Shown here: piece after piece, positions 58,082-64,000 of the stretch
Position numbering within the stretch: position 1 is the stretch's first letter
How the letters are laid out: each line of letters starts with the position of its first letter
Source: Kofleriaceae bacterium
Lineage (GTDB): Bacteria > Myxococcota_A > Polyangia > Haliangiales > Haliangiaceae
Assembly (NCBI GenBank): GCA_965215005.1
Contig: CBDCCZ010000006.1
Location: 160,001-224,000 of the forward strand
Length of the DNA stretch: 64,000 nt
Reading direction: 5' to 3'
Program-made: the position numbers and the translations under genes
The notes under the pieces: generated by a model
Told to the model about the DNA's origin: nothing
What the model saw: the letters and a program-made list of their open reading frames with translations, nothing else
The model's database searches: none

Positions 58082-59862
58082 GCAGCGCGCGTTACGTCGT
58101 CGGCATTGACCTTGGCACCACCAACACGGCGGTCGCCTTCGTCGATACTCAGCGCGAAGAGCCGCGCATCGAGCACTTGGCGATCTTGCAGGTGGTGGCA
58201 GCGGGAGAGACCGCCGCGCGTCCCAGTCTGCCGTCGTTTTTGCTGCTGCCCAGCGAGCACGAGGTGGCGCCGAGGGCCATGGCATTGCCCTGGGCGGAGG
58301 CACCCGACTTCGCGGTCGGCAGCATGGCGCGCGATCGCGGGGCTGAGCTGCCGCATCGGCTGGTGGCGTCGGCCAAGTCGTGGCTGTCCAACACCGCGGT
58401 CGACCGCACCGCCGCTATTCTGCCGTGGCGCGGCGCCGATGCCGACGAAGACGCTCGTTTGGGCCGGCAGGTATCGCCGGTGGAGGCCTCAGCGAAGTAT
58501 CTGGCGCACCTGCGGGCCGCGTGGGATCAAACCATGGATGCGCCGCTGGCGGAGCAAGACCTGCTACTCACGGTCCCGGCGTCGTTCGATGCGGTGGCAC
58601 GCGAGCTCACGGTGGCGGCCGCCCGGCAAGCAGGCCTTCCGACCGCCACGCTGCTCGAAGAGCCTCAGGCAGCCTTCTACTCGTGGCTCGCGAGCACTGG
58701 CGACGATTGGCGAAGTGCGCTCGCACCCGGCGACGTGGTGCTGGTCTGCGACATCGGCGGCGGCACCACCGATTTTTCGCTCATCGAGGTCATCGACGAA
58801 GGCGGCACTCTGGCGCTCGAGCGCGTCGCGGTGGGCGATCATATCTTGCTCGGCGGCGACAACATGGACCTGGCGCTCGCGCACCTGGTGATGCAGCGCC
58901 TGGGCGATCGCGCAAAGAAGCTCGGCTCGATGCAGCAACGCGCGCTGGTGCACGCGTGTCGGCGCGCCAAAGAGACGCTGCTCGGCAGCGACGCGCCCGA
59001 AGCGGTTCCCATCACCATCATGGGCACCGGCTCGAAGCTAATCGGCGGCAGCATCAAGACCGAAGCGCTGCGCGCGGATCTCGAGCAGCTCATCACCGGC
59101 GGCTTTTTTCCCGAGGTCGACCGCGGGCAGCGGCCGCAAAAGCGCCGCGCTGTCGGGCTACGTGAGCTCGGCCTGCCGTACGCGCATGATCCCGCCGTCA
59201 CCCGTCACCTAGCCGAATTTCTGGCTCGTCACGAGCGCGTGCCCACCGCCATCTTGTGGAACGGCGGCGTCATGAAGGGCGAGCTGGTGCGCGATCGGGT
59301 GGCTAGCATCGTCGGCCGCTGGTACGAGCGCGATGCCCTGCCCTCGCTCGGCGGCACCGATTTGGATCTGGCGGTAGCGCATGGCGCGGCCTATTACGGC
59401 ATGGTCCGTCGCGGCAAGGGCATCCGCATCCGTGGCGGCACCGCCCGCTCCTATTATATTGGCGTCGAGAGCGCGATGCCTGCCATTCCCGGCTTCCCGC
59501 CGCCCATCAAGGCGCTGTGCGTGGCGCCCTTTGGAATGGAAGAAGGCACCGCGGTCGAGCTGCCCGGCGAAGAGCTCGGCTTGGTGGTGGGAGAGGCCGC
59601 AGAGTTTCGTTTCTTTGCTTCGACCACGCGGCCCGACGATGGTGTTGGCGCGGTGCTCGAGCCCGAGCGCGCCGAGCTCGCCGAGCTCGATCCGGTCGAA
59701 GCCGTGCTTCCTGTCGAGGGCGGAGCGGCCGCCGGCGAGGTGGTGCCGGTGCTCTTGGAAAGCCGGGTCACCGAGCTCGGAACGCTTGAGCTCTGGTGCG
59801 TCGCCAAAGACGGCGGCGGGCGGTGGAAGCTCGAGTATTCCATCCGCGAGAACGAGCGGTAA
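58078..59862 (+). CDS. Atypical Hsp70-family ATPase
   Basis: GIDLGTTN, TVPASF, EEPQAA, DIGGGTTD, GGDNMD; ATGA coupling to the upstream gene. Confidence 0.92.
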   Translation: MSSARYVVGIDLGTTNTAVAFVDTQREEPRIEHLAILQVVAAGETAARPSLPSFLLLPSEHEVAPRAMALPWAEAPDFAVGSMARDRGAELPHRLVASAKSWLSNTAVDRTAAILPWRGADADEDARLGRQVSPVEASAKYLAHLRAAWDQTMDAPLAEQDLLLTVPASFDAVARELTVAAARQAGLPTATLLEEPQAAFYSWLASTGDDWRSALAPGDVVLVCDIGGGTTDFSLIEVIDEGGTLALERVAVGDHILLGGDNMDLALAHLVMQRLGDRAKKLGSMQQRALVHACRRAKETLLGSDAPEAVPITIMGTGSKLIGGSIKTEALRADLEQLITGGFFPEVDRGQRPQKRRAVGLRELGLPYAHDPAVTRHLAEFLARHERVPTAILWNGGVMKGELVRDRVASIVGRWYERDALPSLGGTDLDLAVAHGAAYYGMVRRGKGIRIRGGTARSYYIGVESAMPAIPGFPPPIKALCVAPFGMEEGTAVELPGEELGLVVGEAAEFRFFASTTRPDDGVGAVLEPERAELAELDPVEAVLPVEGGAAAGEVVPVLLESRVTELGTLELWCVAKDGGGRWKLEYSIRENER

Positions 59863-62712
<2,850 letters not shown>

Positions 62713-62723
62713 GCGCGCGTGGC

Positions 62724-62739
62724 TGGTGCGCCGCTTGCT
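62724..62739 (+). promoter_or_regulatory. Putative sigma54 promoter of the Rho-N small protein gene
   Basis: TGGTGCG-CCGC-TTGCT. Confidence 0.55.
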
Positions 62740-62772
62740 TTGTTTCTCTGGACCCGAGATCAGGAGGAACGC

Positions 62773-63072
62773 ATGCCGAACGCATGGAGCAAGAAGGACG
62801 AACGCCAGTACGAGCACATCAAAGACAGCGAAAAGGACCGCGGCAAGTCCACTGACCGCGCCAAAGAGATCGCCGCGCGCACGGTCAACAAGACCCGCCG
62901 CAAGCAGGGTCGCACTCCCAACAAGAGCACCCAAGGCACCGGCAATCCAAGCAGCAGCTTGGACGATCGCTCCAAAGACGAGCTCTACAACCTCGCCAAG
63001 GACCTCGACATCGAGGGTCGCAGCAAGATGAACAAGGGCGAGCTCGCCAAGGCAATCCGCGCCAAGCGCTGA
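62773..63072 (+). CDS. Small basic protein with C-terminal Rho-N-like domain
   Basis: WSKKDERQYEHIK, AARTVNK, KDELYNLAKDLDIEGRSKMNK.EL; AGGAGG SD. Confidence 0.85.
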   Translation: MPNAWSKKDERQYEHIKDSEKDRGKSTDRAKEIAARTVNKTRRKQGRTPNKSTQGTGNPSSSLDDRSKDELYNLAKDLDIEGRSKMNKGELAKAIRAKR

Positions 63073-63151
63073 GGACTGCGCGCCGCCACTGCGCACCCGG
63101 CAGTGCCAGTAGCGGCTCCGAGCCAGCCGCCACCACGCTCGCGTGCGGTGG

Positions 63152-64000
63152 TCAATGGTCGGGGTCGCTCGCGCTTGCGGCCACCGCTCGGGCCAGAATT
63201 TCAGCCACCTTGCCGGCGATTGGCTGCTGGTCGAGCTCCTCGAGCCGCACCGGCAGCGGGATGCTCCAGTTGGCCCGCTCGGCATCCGCACCCGGAATGT
63301 TGGGCCGGCGCTCGAGGCCCAGTAGATCCTCCAAGGTCGCGCACAGCAGCACCGAGGGCGCGCGCGCCAGCGCTCGATGCGCCGCCAGCACCGCGTCGTC
63401 GGTCGAGGCTGCCTCGCCTGGCGGCAACTCTTTGGCGAGCCGCGCGCGAATCTCGTCGGTCCCTTCGACGTTAGGTTGTAGGCCCAGAGAGCGTTGCTCT
63501 TCGAGATCGGCCCCGCTCCACAGTCCCGCGACCGTCGGCAGATCGTGCGTGGTAATCGCCGCCATCGCGGCAGGCGGCCACTGCTTCGGATCCGAGTCTT
63601 CGAACCACAGTAGCCGATACGACAACAGCTTGCGGCGCAGCAGCTCCTCGCGAAATTCTTCGACCACGGTGCCCAAGTCTTCGCCGACCACGACCGCGCG
63701 CGCCCTGTGACTCTCGAGTGCGATGATCCGCAACAGGTCGGAAGCGGGGTAACGAACATAGGCGCCGCGAGCGGCTCCGGCGCCGCTGGGAATCCACCAC
63801 AGTCGATAAAGACCCATCACGTGGTCGATGCGCAGCCCGCCGCCATGAGCCAATGCGGCGCGAATACTGTCGACGAACGGCCGATATCCCGCGTGCGCCA
63901 GCTTCCAAGGCACCAGCGGCGGCAGCCCCCAGTTTTGGCCCTGGGTATTGAACATGTCCGGCGGCGCGCCGACGGCGACGTCTTCTGCGAGCACGTCTTG
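63152..64000 (-). CDS. malQ: 4-alpha-glucanotransferase (amylomaltase, GH77), 5' part outside the window
   Basis: GAPPD...GQNWGLPP, LRIDHVMG, GEDLG, THD, NIPG, NW. Confidence 0.93.
   Translation of the reverse strand, partial: QDVLAEDVAVGAPPDMFNTQGQNWGLPPLVPWKLAHAGYRPFVDSIRAALAHGGGLRIDHVMGLYRLWWIPSGAGAARGAYVRYPASDLLRIIALESHRARAVVVGEDLGTVVEEFREELLRRKLLSYRLLWFEDSDPKQWPPAAMAAITTHDLPTVAGLWSGADLEEQRSLGLQPNVEGTDEIRARLAKELPPGEAASTDDAVLAAHRALARAPSVLLCATLEDLLGLERRPNIPGADAERANWSIPLPVRLEELDQQPIAGKVAEILARAVAASASDPDH

Overview
GC-rich bacterial chromosomal segment. A Myxococcota-like origin is inferred from the Gly/Asp-linker lipoproteins, many hybrid kinases and sigma54-type promoters; it is not proven. 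About 45 CDS; no rRNA, tRNA, CRISPR array or mobile element was recognised. Main blocks: (1) an operon of a TPP enzyme, an enolase-superfamily enzyme and an FAD/Fe-S oxidoreductase; (2) a stand-alone CarH-type cobalamin-binding domain with the complete photoreceptor signature, heading two hybrid histidine kinases (best candidate for an undescribed system: a B12 light-sensing phosphorelay); (3) a glgE-treS/mak-glgB-GH57-treY-GH15 alpha-glucan/trehalose cluster, with malQ at the window end; (4) general-stress genes (ElaB-like, YghA-like SDR, frameshifted ASRT, YihY, PfpI, Rho-N small protein), many preceded by sigma54 -24/-12-like motifs; (5) an operon of a C39-like peptidase, RimK ATP-grasp, GCS2 ligase and N-formylglutamate amidohydrolase; (6) lhr-nei; (7) pap-DedA, LysR, REC-ybaK and a PAS kinase; (8) a DUF2760-Hsp70-Hsp70 module with a HAIR-like element. 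Many genes appear leaderless. All family calls come from motif recognition by eye; no database search was run. Several starts were re-assigned relative to the ORF track.
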